Positions 17,988 through 28,077 of a DNA stretch of 61,089 nucleotides are shown piece after piece. A program made the position numbers and the translations under genes. Numbering within the stretch: the first letter of the stretch is position 1; every line of letters starts with the position of its first letter. A model generated the notes under the pieces. That model was not told the DNA's origin and made no database searches. It saw only the letters and a list, made by a program, of their open reading frames with translations. This stretch comes from a virus (taxonomy: Duplodnaviria; Caudoviricetes), in IMG/VR virus record IMGVR_UViG_3300031658_000007, positions 1 to 61,089 of that record; one strand, 5' to 3'.

Positions 17988-19141
17988 TACTTACTCCCCA
18001 CTATACCCTTGAGTTCCTCAATCTGAGCCTGTTGCTCTTTTATTGCTTCAATGAGTAGACCTACAATATTACCGTATGCCACTGATTTCATACCGTCATC
18101 ATTATCGTAAACGGCTTCAGGTAAAACTGCTTCTAATTCTTGAGCAATCACACCTGTAGCTCGTTCCCCATGCATATCAAAAGTTACACCACGAACACTG
18201 GTGACTTTCTCTAAAGCGGAAGGGATTGTTTCAATGTTACTTTTTAAACGTAAATCTGAATATGCTGTGATGTTACCTGAAGCAGTGAAACTACCAGAAA
18301 GGGAATTACCATTACTGGATAGGTTACTGAGTCCCACTTCGGAAGGAGTATTGATGGTGCAACTAAACGCAGTACCTGACAAAGACATGCCCGTACTTGC
18401 TGTATAAGTTGTATTGGTATCAGTATTATTATCAGGAACTACTACAGTATCAGTAGTGCCGTCACCACGATTTAGCGTGATCGTGTGTCCACTAATTGTC
18501 ATTGCATTCGCTGCAGTACTTAGTGCCTGATTGGTTGTTTTAGTGACTTTAGTAGCAAGAGCTGTAGTCAACGTGGAAGCGTAAGACGCATCGTCATTTA
18601 TTGCTGCTGCTAGTTCGTTCAGATCATTCAGAGTACTTGGAGCACCGCCAATGAGATCAGTTATCTCGGTCTGTACGTAAGCAGTAGTAGCTACCTGAGT
18701 AGTGTTAGTATTAGCTGCGGCAGTGGGAGCAGTAGGTGCGCCAGTTAACGCAGGACTAGCCAAAGGTGCTTTTGCATCTAACGCTGCTTGCAATCCAGTT
18801 GTAACAGAAATCGCATGATTTGCTGGGTGAGTATAATTATTTGAAGATGCAGCTATTCCGTTTAGTTTTGTGTGGTCAGCATCAGTAAATACATTACTAT
18901 CTGCAGCAGATTCTACTGCGGTCCTGATTTCTGCGTCTGTTTGATCTGCTGTAGCAAGCGTTTCAATAGTATCTATCTTAGTTTTATCTGCACTAGAAGG
19001 CATCGGAAAACCACCAGCAGTAGACCCGTCATGGACTACTAAAGTGTCCTTGGTTGTGTCAACAGTAACTTCACGTAATGCGCCTATAAATGCGGCGTGT
19101 TCTGAAGTCGTGCCACCACGTAGTTGTAGTAGTTTGCTCAT
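17987..19141 (-). CDS. Distal tail fibre with Mtd-N-like start and C-terminal S74 intramolecular chaperone
   Basis: LQLRGGT...EVTVDT......HDGST.GG; SPALTGAPTAPT; SDLRLKSNI...GVIAQE...VAYGNIVGLLIEAIKE. Confidence 0.85.
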   Translation of the reverse strand: MSKLLQLRGGTTSEHAAFIGALREVTVDTTKDTLVVHDGSTAGGFPMPSSADKTKIDTIETLATADQTDAEIRTAVESAADSNVFTDADHTKLNGIAASSNNYTHPANHAISVTTGLQAALDAKAPLASPALTGAPTAPTAAANTNTTQVATTAYVQTEITDLIGGAPSTLNDLNELAAAINDDASYASTLTTALATKVTKTTNQALSTAANAMTISGHTITLNRGDGTTDTVVVPDNNTDTNTTYTASTGMSLSGTAFSCTINTPSEVGLSNLSSNGNSLSGSFTASGNITAYSDLRLKSNIETIPSALEKVTSVRGVTFDMHGERATGVIAQELEAVLPEAVYDNDDGMKSVAYGNIVGLLIEAIKEQQAQIEELKGIVGSK

Positions 19142-19143
19142 TC

Positions 19144-22086
19144 TTATAGACCTCCAAAGTCCATTTGTAAATTAGTACCAGATACAGTACCTATGTTTGT
19201 TAAATTGTTATTTTGTCCATCTAGTGCACCACCAAGTTGCGGGGAAGTGTCCCCTACCAAAGATGTCAGACCCACGGCAATAACTCCCCAAGCAGACCCT
19301 GTGTAGTATTTTAATAAGCTATTAGTTGTGTCGTACCACAAATTACCTGCAGTTGGTGAAGAAGGTGCACTAGCAGCTACTGTATACTCAGTAGCATACC
19401 TATTAACATCAGCAATAGATACACCTACAGTATTGACATTAGTAATTGAACCAGCAGTTAAATTAATGTTAGTTGAGTTACTAGCAACAGTATTAACATT
19501 TGTAGCGTTACCAGCTACAGCATTAATATTTGTGGATAATCCCGCCACAGAATTAATGTTAGAAGCATTAGATACAACAGCGGTGATATTAGAGGAGTTA
19601 CCAGCTGCCGTAGTAACATTTGATGATATTGCTGCAAGGGTATTCAGGTCCGATACTATCGCTGCAGTACCTAACGTATTTAGATCTGCGACGACATCGG
19701 CAGTTCCGAGTGTGTTCATATCAGCGACTACATCCGCTGTACCTAGTATCGCCATATCAGCTATAGCTGCGGAGGTTCCTAACAGAGTTACTTGAGCTGC
19801 TTTACCAGCAACTGTTGTCACATCTGCTGATATACCTGCTACTGTAGTTACATTTCCTGAAATACCAGAGACGGTTGTTACGTTACTAGATATACCAGCT
19901 AGGGTATTCATGTTAGTAACATTGCTAGATGTTCCTAACGTATTCATATCGGTTACAACATCTGCTGTACCAAGTGTATTCATGTCACTTACGACATCTG
20001 CAGTACCTAGCACATTCATATCAGATACAACGTCAGCTGTTCCTAATATAGATAAATCAGTTATAACAGCCGAAGTACCTAGTAAACCAATCTCTGCAGC
20101 TTTTCCTGCTACTGTAGTGATATTGGCATTATTGCCAGCAACGGTAGTTACGTTAGCTCCAATACCCGCTACTGTTGTCACATTCGCACTGATACCAGCC
20201 ACTGTAGTTACATTAGCGGCTATGCCACCTACCGTATTAACATTAGTTATGCTGTTAGCGACTGTTTCAATTTCTGATACAGCCTCATTTAAGTCGTTAG
20301 CAACTGTCTCTACTTCAGAGATAGCTTCATTTAAATCGTCAGCAACTTTTATGACTTTAACAATGTCATCAGCGACTGTAGTTACCTTGGCAATGTTTGT
20401 AGCTACTGTAGTAATATCAGCGTTATTACCTGCAACTGTATTAATATTAGTTGTGTTACCTGCTACTGTAGTCACATTGCTGGAAATGCCAGCTGTTGTA
20501 GTAATGTTGGCTGCAATACCTGCTGCTGTAGTGACGTTAGACGCTATCGCAGCAAGTGTATTTACACTACTTATTGAGTTACCAACTGTGGTAATTGAGT
20601 TACCAGAACCTGTAGTAACAGCATCTGTTATAGAACCTAAGTCTTCAGAATAGACAATATCACCAGCAACAATATCAATTGCTGCCTGATTAGCCGCTGT
20701 AGGAGCAGTAGCAGCCCATGAGGAAGTAGCTGTGCTATACGCTCTTAATTCGTTGTTTGAGGTATTCCACCATAAGTCACCAGAATCTAGTGATGTGGTA
20801 GGAGCAGTTGAAGTAACACGATACTTTTGGGCAAAACTGCTAACGTCTGTTACTACAGCAGCTAATGTATTCATATCAGATACGATATCAGCAGTGCCAA
20901 GTATAACCATGTCAGCAACAGCTGTAGACGTACCTAATAACCCAATCTCAGTTGCCTTTCCTGCTACAATTCCAATGTCAGTTGCATCATTTGCTACTGA
21001 AGTTACATCTGCTTGTATACCAGCCACGGTATTGATCTTTCCTTGGTCAACTGTAGTGGGTCTTAATGGGTCCCAAGCAGAACCAGTGTAGCCTTGCATA
21101 CGTGAGGTTGATGAGTCCCAATACATTGATCCCGTTAAAAGTGCATCACCATCGTTGTTTAATGTTGGTGCTGTACCCTTTACTCCGAGAAATCTGTCAT
21201 CAAATTCATCAAGTGCAGCCGCTACAAGAACCACATCTGCATTCGTTATTACAACATCTGCATTAGTAATCACTACGTCTGCATTAGTGGCAGTTTTATC
21301 ATTACCCGTGGCAGTGCGGTCTAGTGCGGTTTGCACCTTATCTGCCTCTGCCAAGCCTTCGCTCGTTAATGCAGCTGCTGCGCTAACAGCTGCTGCGTTT
21401 TTGGATGCAAGCGCAGCAATCCTATGAGCATTAGATTCATTCTTAAAAGTTTCAGTAACACCCATTGCTGTGTTAGCTACACCTGCCTTACTAGTTGCAA
21501 TCCCTGCTTGGGTAGTAGCAGTTACCACATCTGCATTAGTTAAAACAAGATCTGCTGCTGTATCAATTGTATCTTGATTAGTTGCTACTAAATCCGCAGC
21601 AGTATCGATCGTATCTTGATTAGTGGCGACTAGATCAGAAGCTACTGCTGTTCTATCCAGACCAGTTTGAACCTTATCAGCTTCAGCGAGAACAACATCA
21701 GCGTGAGTAAGTACAACGTCAGCATGTGTTAAAACCACATCAGCGTTAGTAGCAATTTTATCTAGTGCTGTTTGAACTTTATCAGCTTCCGCTAAACCTT
21801 CACTAACGAGAGCTGCCGATGCACTAACTGCTGCAGCATCTTCAGAAATTTGTGCGTCATCTTCACTAGACTGTGCTGCTACTGTATTTGCAGCAGTAGT
21901 AGTTGCTGCATTAATTATACTACCAGTATTAGTGTTTACTAAAAGTAGTGCAGCTAAATTTGTTTCTAACTCAGTTAACTCTGTAATTTTATCAGCTACA
22001 GTTTTTACTGTGTCGTATCCTGTAGTAGCCAGCTCTCTATTTATTGTTATTTCATTAGATGTTAATGAACTAGCTTTTCTTGCCAT
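19144..22086 (-). CDS. Long repetitive tail fibre protein
   Basis: 980 aa A/T/V/N/D-rich; 7-, 10-, 12- and 14-aa repeats; three G.L.W.T......Y...W modules; C-terminal DTSPQLGG.LD. Confidence 0.85.
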   Translation of the reverse strand: MARKASSLTSNEITINRELATTGYDTVKTVADKITELTELETNLAALLLVNTNTGSIINAATTTAANTVAAQSSEDDAQISEDAAAVSASAALVSEGLAEADKVQTALDKIATNADVVLTHADVVLTHADVVLAEADKVQTGLDRTAVASDLVATNQDTIDTAADLVATNQDTIDTAADLVLTNADVVTATTQAGIATSKAGVANTAMGVTETFKNESNAHRIAALASKNAAAVSAAAALTSEGLAEADKVQTALDRTATGNDKTATNADVVITNADVVITNADVVLVAAALDEFDDRFLGVKGTAPTLNNDGDALLTGSMYWDSSTSRMQGYTGSAWDPLRPTTVDQGKINTVAGIQADVTSVANDATDIGIVAGKATEIGLLGTSTAVADMVILGTADIVSDMNTLAAVVTDVSSFAQKYRVTSTAPTTSLDSGDLWWNTSNNELRAYSTATSSWAATAPTAANQAAIDIVAGDIVYSEDLGSITDAVTTGSGNSITTVGNSISSVNTLAAIASNVTTAAGIAANITTTAGISSNVTTVAGNTTNINTVAGNNADITTVATNIAKVTTVADDIVKVIKVADDLNEAISEVETVANDLNEAVSEIETVANSITNVNTVGGIAANVTTVAGISANVTTVAGIGANVTTVAGNNANITTVAGKAAEIGLLGTSAVITDLSILGTADVVSDMNVLGTADVVSDMNTLGTADVVTDMNTLGTSSNVTNMNTLAGISSNVTTVSGISGNVTTVAGISADVTTVAGKAAQVTLLGTSAAIADMAILGTADVVADMNTLGTADVVADLNTLGTAAIVSDLNTLAAISSNVTTAAGNSSNITAVVSNASNINSVAGLSTNINAVAGNATNVNTVASNSTNINLTAGSITNVNTVGVSIADVNRYATEYTVAASAPSSPTAGNLWYDTTNSLLKYYTGSAWGVIAVGLTSLVGDTSPQLGGALDGQNNNLTNIGTVSGTNLQMDFGGL

Positions 22087-22703
22087 TAGGTAAAACCTCT
22101 TGTCTCAAATGTGAAAGATTCTAAATCGTCAGGAAGTATTAGGCCGTGCTCTATGACTCTATTACAGCTTTGTTCAAATCTTATATAATGTGCGTTGTTT
22201 TCAGCTTTTGTGTCAGAACTAATTGTGCTATTACCTCTATAACCTATGTAATGAAGTAATGCTTCAAGTAACTGTGGGGGTAAAGCTAGGTTGTTTGATA
22301 CTGCTGTAGCAAAGTCTGGGGAAACTCTGTATATAACACTTAACTTTTCGTCTTGTGCTACATTAGGAACTTCAACTGTGTTGTACGAAGGAGTCATTAT
22401 ACCTAGTGGGTCTGACTCGTCATTTATACTGACTGTATCTCCCTGTTCATCATAGCACTCAGAAACTAAGAGAAAATTTTGACTAGTTGTCATAGCTACA
22501 TCAGAATCAGTGCCATCTAGGGTGTAAGTGGTTTTACCATCTTGTAGAGTTATAATAGCTTCTTCTTGTTTAAGAGGAAATCTTTTGTACAACTCTAACA
22601 TACCAAGATTTACAAAACCTAGCACTGCAGTAACGTCGTCCTTTACGCCAAGCTGTCTAAGTTCTGTGCTCTTAGCTAAATCAATAACTTTACTAGCTAA
22701 CAT
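22086..22703 (-). CDS. Head-tail adaptor-like protein (N4 gp67-like)
   Basis: FVNLGMLELYKRF, LPPQLLEALLHYI motifs; next to terminase. Confidence 0.7.
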   Translation of the reverse strand: MLASKVIDLAKSTELRQLGVKDDVTAVLGFVNLGMLELYKRFPLKQEEAIITLQDGKTTYTLDGTDSDVAMTTSQNFLLVSECYDEQGDTVSINDESDPLGIMTPSYNTVEVPNVAQDEKLSVIYRVSPDFATAVSNNLALPPQLLEALLHYIGYRGNSTISSDTKAENNAHYIRFEQSCNRVIEHGLILPDDLESFTFETRGFT

Positions 22704-22745
22704 TACAAAATCCTTATAATTTTTAGCATACTATCATATAGTAAA

Positions 22746-24353
22746 TTAAAATACAGTACTGTTGCTATCTTCATTAAAATCGTCAACGTCTGGAAACATT
22801 GCAAAAGTGCCTGATTCATTTTCAGTATATGTTACAGCTAATTCTTCACTAGGTTTAAATGGTTGAAGTTCTGACAACATAGCTAGTGTATCAGCTACGT
22901 CATCATGTTTGGATTTAAACCCAGCTTTGGTTACGTACCTCAATTCTTCTAGACACTCTACCATATATTTAGAAGTTCTCATCTCTTCTGGGAACATTAA
23001 TTTTTTAGCTTTGATAATCGGGTGAAATATCAGAAATCTAGTTATCTTCTTTTTCGTAGGTCGTATTCCTTCTTTATTGCTGTCAAATCCTTTAGCAATA
23101 TTAAAAAATACGTTTCTTTCCAGCATTTCCTTTTTTATCCAAGCTATAAAACCTCCTTGCTGCCCGCTAACTTCAATACCTACCTCTAAAGGTTTGTACA
23201 TTGCTACATACCTAAATAGGTCATCAAGAGTCTTGTCCATTAGCTGTTGCCCAATCATACCATCTACTAACATCCAATCTCCGTTATTGTTATACGCAAA
23301 AACAGATATAACACTGTAGTCTGCTTTCTTTCCCTCAGAAGTTGCAAAGTCAGTAGTGATGTAGAAATTATAGCTACTCCTGTTCTTTAAAACATTTTTC
23401 CTGCTATACCACACCAAGTCGTCGTCTTTAACTAGTTTATCTTCATCACTTATAATTCTTATCATTAACTCTTGGTCAAATGACGCTAGTTCTCCACTAC
23501 CTTTAAGACTTTCATACTCATGTCTAACAAATGAGTAGGGGAATCTATCTTCCCAAGCACCTACAAATTCTTCTTCTGTGCACGGGAATTTTTCACACAA
23601 GGGGTATATCTTAGTACTCCATGATGTAGAACTAGCTGCTTCATACAAAGGATCTTGCTTGTTGAACGGCGTACCTGTCCAATTAGTCATACGTTTTTTA
23701 GGATGTAGGCACTGCCTTGCAGCTCTGTAAAGAACTTTCTTTATATCCTCTACTATCGTGGGTGATTCAGCATTTTTATCTGACATTAAATCATCTAAAC
23801 CTAGCCATGTGGGTCTTTGCCCATATTCTTTAAATCCACGCACACCAGTACTTGCACCGAACCCTCTTACACAAAAAAACTTACCGTCTAAGTTTTGAAA
23901 CTCCCAGCGAACATCTGTAAATTTTGCGTTAGGTACGTATTTCTGCAGAAAAGTAGAGTGCTCCCATCTGTACTGAAGATTTTGCCTCATAGACTTAATA
24001 CCATTATCAATAGTATCAGCTACATACATTGCTACGTCTACTTGACCAAACCCGTCAACTTTACCGTATACAGCTATGTATAACCACATATACTCATGTA
24101 TCACAGAAGTCTTAGCACCACCACGAAAACAAACAAATAGGTTTTGTCTTCCAGTGGTTAATTGGTCCAACATATCATAGTGAAATACTGGGGATACGTT
24201 CTCTTCCCCCATAGAACCATTAACCAATTTTATAAAAGCTATAAATTTAAGAGCAAATTTACTAGGTATATACCCCTCGTTAAACTTAGAGTAGCTAACA
24301 TCATGAAGCATATCTTCCAAATCTTTAGATTCACTCATATTAGCTATCTTCAT
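22746..24353 (-). CDS. terL: Terminase large subunit
   Basis: CFRGGAKT Walker A, LDDL Walker B, GTPF, TTDFATS, SKHDDVADT nuclease motifs (N4 gp68-like). Confidence 0.95.
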   Translation of the reverse strand: MKIANMSESKDLEDMLHDVSYSKFNEGYIPSKFALKFIAFIKLVNGSMGEENVSPVFHYDMLDQLTTGRQNLFVCFRGGAKTSVIHEYMWLYIAVYGKVDGFGQVDVAMYVADTIDNGIKSMRQNLQYRWEHSTFLQKYVPNAKFTDVRWEFQNLDGKFFCVRGFGASTGVRGFKEYGQRPTWLGLDDLMSDKNAESPTIVEDIKKVLYRAARQCLHPKKRMTNWTGTPFNKQDPLYEAASSTSWSTKIYPLCEKFPCTEEEFVGAWEDRFPYSFVRHEYESLKGSGELASFDQELMIRIISDEDKLVKDDDLVWYSRKNVLKNRSSYNFYITTDFATSEGKKADYSVISVFAYNNNGDWMLVDGMIGQQLMDKTLDDLFRYVAMYKPLEVGIEVSGQQGGFIAWIKKEMLERNVFFNIAKGFDSNKEGIRPTKKKITRFLIFHPIIKAKKLMFPEEMRTSKYMVECLEELRYVTKAGFKSKHDDVADTLAMLSELQPFKPSEELAVTYTENESGTFAMFPDVDDFNEDSNSTVF

Positions 24354-25056
24354 CTTTATGTATTATTTTAGCTTCAATAATAGTTTTTATAGGGATACCT
24401 GCTTGTATGCTCTGCTGCTCTCTTATCACCATTTTCTCAGTAGCTTCCTGTAATGCTGCTATAGCTGATTTAGCACCATCTTCTACTTGAACACTAATAA
24501 CGTGGTCTTCCGTTGGTTTTAATTCTCTAATAAGAGTATCTGATGCTTTCTGTCTGACCATTTCTGATCTAGCATCCCGCATTAAATCTGCTTGAACTAG
24601 GATAGCCTCATGAAGTAAATGCCTGTGTATAAGTTGTACAGGTATACCAGCAACTTTTCGTATTTCATTAACTAGGGCTGTAGAGTTGTACCTAGATGCC
24701 TCGCCACGTATGTCTTCTTTTTTCTGCCCTCTATCTAACCTTCGTTTTAGCCTTTCAGGAAACACTTTAATATATGATTCAGTAATATTATTACCAGCTT
24801 CTATCAATGAGAAGAACTTGACTGCAGACATGTATGCGTTAGAAGTAAACTTATTATTAGAACTAAGTATATTCAAGTGATCCCTATATACGTCTAGGAA
24901 CTGCTCACCATACTCAGGGTCGTTAGCAAGTTTGTTTAACTCATCTACGGTTCCTTGGTTAACCATGTTCTTTTGTCTATTGGTTAACTGAGACTGTAAA
25001 ACTTCTAAATCTAGTTTGGCTGCTCTAATTTCTTGTTTTGTTACTACTGATCCCAT
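24340..25056 (-). CDS. N4 gp69-like protein (possible terminase small subunit)
   Basis: YMSAVKF, YIKVFPER, ARSEMVRQKASD motifs; directly upstream of terL. Confidence 0.7.
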   Translation of the reverse strand: MGSVVTKQEIRAAKLDLEVLQSQLTNRQKNMVNQGTVDELNKLANDPEYGEQFLDVYRDHLNILSSNNKFTSNAYMSAVKFFSLIEAGNNITESYIKVFPERLKRRLDRGQKKEDIRGEASRYNSTALVNEIRKVAGIPVQLIHRHLLHEAILVQADLMRDARSEMVRQKASDTLIRELKPTEDHVISVQVEDGAKSAIAALQEATEKMVIREQQSIQAGIPIKTIIEAKIIHKDEDS

Positions 25057-25064
25057 TTTGGTAC

Positions 25065-25520
25065 CTAGTAAGGAATATCAATTGTTGGGTCGAAGTAAGG
25101 GCTAGTTTTCTGGCATATATATTTATAGTCATCTGAATCCATCTCTACTTTTCCTTTTAGTAGAACTGAGTAATCAAATTCTTTTATATACCTAATAACC
25201 TCTACTTCATCTAAACCTTTAAACATTTCCTGACCACCATCTACCTTTTTGTCAGGAACCCATTGCCAATCTGACAATACATCATGCATGTGCTTCTCAA
25301 CCAATAGCGGAACACCTGTCTCAAAATCTAGTCTTAACCTAGTGAGAGGTACATAACGATACTGTGTAAACCAAGACCTAAGTATTTCCATCATACGATC
25401 AGTAGATCTAGGGCTATGGCACATACCAACTTTGTGTACTAGCTCACCATCATCAAGAGTAATTTGGAGTACATATACTCTTCCAACAGAAGTATCGGGT
25501 GATTTCAGTTTAGCAAACAT
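25065..25520 (-). CDS. GIY-YIG superfamily protein (T5orf172-like)
   Basis: GRVYVL...KVGM...R..E; VEKHMH; GGQEMF. Confidence 0.65.
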   Translation of the reverse strand: MFAKLKSPDTSVGRVYVLQITLDDGELVHKVGMCHSPRSTDRMMEILRSWFTQYRYVPLTRLRLDFETGVPLLVEKHMHDVLSDWQWVPDKKVDGGQEMFKGLDEVEVIRYIKEFDYSVLLKGKVEMDSDDYKYICQKTSPYFDPTIDIPY

Positions 25521-25892
25521 TTATGTACTGTATAAATTAAGGAACGTTGAGGTCGATACAACATGTACAGGTTGAGGATCAATAACAAGTTTTCTCACGT
25601 TAACCTTAGTAATACCATTAACTTTGGCGTTTAGTATCCTATGGAATCCGTCAGCTACAGTGCCATCAGAGTATAAAGTTATTGCGTACTCTTGGGTCAC
25701 GTTGTTTACTTTTGTTACGTGGTAAACAAGGTCATCACACATAAACTTTGTATTGTTGAATACCCAGAAGTTGTTTTCTGTGAGTTCAGGAATAGTACTT
25801 TCAGTAGTTACTCCGTATGCGTCCCATAAGTCCTGAACCATGTACACGGCTACGCTGTCACCTATTTTCCTTCCTCTCATTTCGTTAGACAT
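25521..25892 (-). CDS. ParB/Srx-like domain protein
   Basis: DGTVADGFHRILNA...GITKVNV motif. Confidence 0.6.
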   Translation of the reverse strand: MSNEMRGRKIGDSVAVYMVQDLWDAYGVTTESTIPELTENNFWVFNNTKFMCDDLVYHVTKVNNVTQEYAITLYSDGTVADGFHRILNAKVNGITKVNVRKLVIDPQPVHVVSTSTFLNLYST

Positions 25893-26160
25893 TACGTTTT
25901 TAAGTCCTGTTAAGGTTATTTAAAAATAGGAATATACACTATGTACTTTTAGTAGGCAATTAAAAGATGATTTTCATCTTAGCTAGGATACAGGTGATTC
26001 AGGGGTAGGGTGTAGAAAAAACCCCTCGCTAACTCTCGTCAGTAGGGGTTCAGTTAAGACGGACAAAAGACTACCCCCTAAAGGGGGTGTCCTGTCTGTC
26101 CCGATGGATCACCTCCAGAGGTAATGGACAAAATGAGGGTTTACATTGTCGGGTAAATTC

Positions 26161-26577
26161 TCATTTATGAACTGTATCACAGTCACCCCATTTCTTAAAC
26201 AACACAGCACCTTTAGTCTGACTTCCGTGCCTAAGTAAGCTAGGGGATAACATATATATACCGTTCTGGACTTTCCGTATAAATTCTTTTTTATATAATT
26301 TTTGGAATAATGTAGACACAGTAGGAACTGTAGTACCACACTCTTCTGCTATCTTAGCAAACGTACCGATAATGCGGTTATTACTGTCTTTATTCTTAAT
26401 GAGCCAAGCAAGAACTTTATTAGTTGCTGTACCTGCTACACCAATATATTCAGCTAGTACTTTAGCGTAAGCTCTCTCCCAGTATTCTTTAGGTATCTTC
26501 TCAATAAATATATCAACAGACAACATCTCACCTGTTCTTGTATTCACCATCATGTACTTATCTTCTTCTCTATCCAT
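26161..26577 (-). CDS. RepL-like winged-helix replication/maintenance protein
   Basis: VNTRTGE; KVLAWLIKN..SNN.I..T...IA......PTV...F..L....FI.K..NG.YML.P matches the plasmid RepL-family pattern. Confidence 0.75.
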   Translation of the reverse strand: MDREEDKYMMVNTRTGEMLSVDIFIEKIPKEYWERAYAKVLAEYIGVAGTATNKVLAWLIKNKDSNNRIIGTFAKIAEECGTTVPTVSTLFQKLYKKEFIRKVQNGIYMLSPSLLRHGSQTKGAVLFKKWGDCDTVHK

Positions 26578-26987
26578 TACAATATTCTTTAGCCTTTATA
26601 TAAATTATATTTTAGCACTTATATAGTTTGTGGTACACCTTTTATACTACTTACTAAAACCTAATGCCATGTGGTAGTGAGTTTACTAAAGAATATTTTA
26701 GTAGACTATAAAGAATATTATAGTGAACTTTTCCGTAAAGCTAGGTACAGCGTCATTCCTAATGTCTTCCCTTTATATATCTATTACGTGTTGAAAACTT
26801 ACGTAATGAGCTTGTTAGTTTCCATAGGGAGTTTACTAAAATTTAATTTATAAAAATTCCGTATGGGGATTTAAAAAATTAGTACTGAGGCAGTATATAT
26901 GTGCGTAGCACATGTACAGGGGGATACCCCCCCGCTGGGATAGATGGGACCCATTATAAAACCTCATCAACTATAGGAAGAAACAAA

Positions 26988-27227
26988 ATGACAAACTTAT
27001 ACAACACAGTACAAGAAGACTTAGTATCCACGTTACTAGACGCGAACAGACTCATTGAGTCTGTAATAATATGCGGCTCTAGGAGCCTGTCGTTGAGCTG
27101 CAAGACTACCGTAGTATTAGTGGAAACACTAAACGTGGGGCTAGACTTAGCACTAGATAGTATACCTTCTAGTTACAAGGAAACGGAGACTCGTCTTCAT
27201 TCACTGTTCGAAGAAGTACAAAGCTAA
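26988..27227 (+). CDS. Early hypothetical protein
   Basis: ATG 26988 after AGGAAG; 79 aa. Confidence 0.6.
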   Translation: MTNLYNTVQEDLVSTLLDANRLIESVIICGSRSLSLSCKTTVVLVETLNVGLDLALDSIPSSYKETETRLHSLFEEVQS

Positions 27228-27354
27228 CATCTGTACACTGTCATAGTCACTGACATTAACTGTGACTACTTACCACCATACATCCTACTAATACAGGGTG
27301 TATGTTAGTGAGTGTACGTACCATTCAGGTATGCCTTACAATAGGAGAATAGAT

Positions 27355-27456
27355 ATGAACGATAACGTAGAAGTGGCATCAGTAATAGCTGTAACAACAG
27401 CTGTAGTACTCACATGTTTACTAGCTGTAGTACTAGTCCACTATGGGTGGATGTAA
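27355..27456 (+). CDS. Micro membrane protein (33 aa)
   Basis: AGGAG RBS; MNDNVEVASVIAVTTAVVLTCLLAVVLVHYGWM. Confidence 0.5.
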   Translation: MNDNVEVASVIAVTTAVVLTCLLAVVLVHYGWM

Positions 27457-27578
27457 TGAACAGTGCAGCTAAAAGAATGCACAATATAAACAGATTGTAT
27501 GAAGTCTGTAGCAGTCTTAGTATAACAATTACTTACATAACATTATTGGTAGGAATACCGTTGATGTTTATGTGGTAA
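27456..27578 (+). CDS. Micro membrane protein (40 aa)
   Basis: TAATG coupling with the previous ORF; hydrophobic C-terminus. Confidence 0.45.
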   Translation: MNSAAKRMHNINRLYEVCSSLSITITYITLLVGIPLMFMW

Positions 27579-27692
27579 CACATAAGACCTGATCATGTCT
27601 AAAACTGATTACCTAGCTATAAGTGCCGTAAGCGGTATTTATAAGTAGGTGTTGTTACCGTATTGAGTAACAGCCTATTAACGGAGAATATT

Positions 27693-27980
27693 ATGAACAC
27701 ATTATTAATAAACAGCACACTTACTGTTTTAAGTATTGACGAAATAGTGGCTAATTATGCTCAAGCAGTATCTTTAGTATTAGTTGGTTTGTATGACATG
27801 CATGTTCAGGTAACTAAGAAAAATAACTCTTTATTCTTTAAGTACATGACAGATCAAGAGATGGATTACGCATTGAGTGATGTTGATGTTGGTACTTCAA
27901 GCCAGTTTAATTACCACAACCCTAATTGGCACTTTGTACCATCATTACGAATAGCTATCAGAGATAGTTTAGAAGGTTAA
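27693..27980 (+). CDS. Early hypothetical protein
   Basis: GGAG RBS before ATG 27693; 95 aa. Confidence 0.65.
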   Translation: MNTLLINSTLTVLSIDEIVANYAQAVSLVLVGLYDMHVQVTKKNNSLFFKYMTDQEMDYALSDVDVGTSSQFNYHNPNWHFVPSLRIAIRDSLEG

Positions 27981-28077
27981 ATAATGACCACCTAGCTCTA
28001 TGGAAAGTGTTAGGAATTTTTAAGGAGTATGACAGTACCATGCATACATTTGTGTGCATGTAAATTAGGAGATTACA

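Noticed and set aside
17987-19141. Diversity-generating retroelement suggested by the Mtd-N-like domain
   Set aside because: No reverse transcriptase and no TR/VR pair seen; the fibre ends in an S74 chaperone
30-24880. Many plus-strand ORFs opposite the late genes (e.g. 19328-19795, 19910-20653, 10817-11137)
   Set aside because: Antisense shadows of long minus-strand genes with repetitive or biased codons; no RBS or motifs
26671-26987. ORF 26671-26853 and the GTG extension 26901-26987
   Set aside because: No RBS, and they lie in the probable terminus/promoter gap; ATG 26988 has the better initiation context
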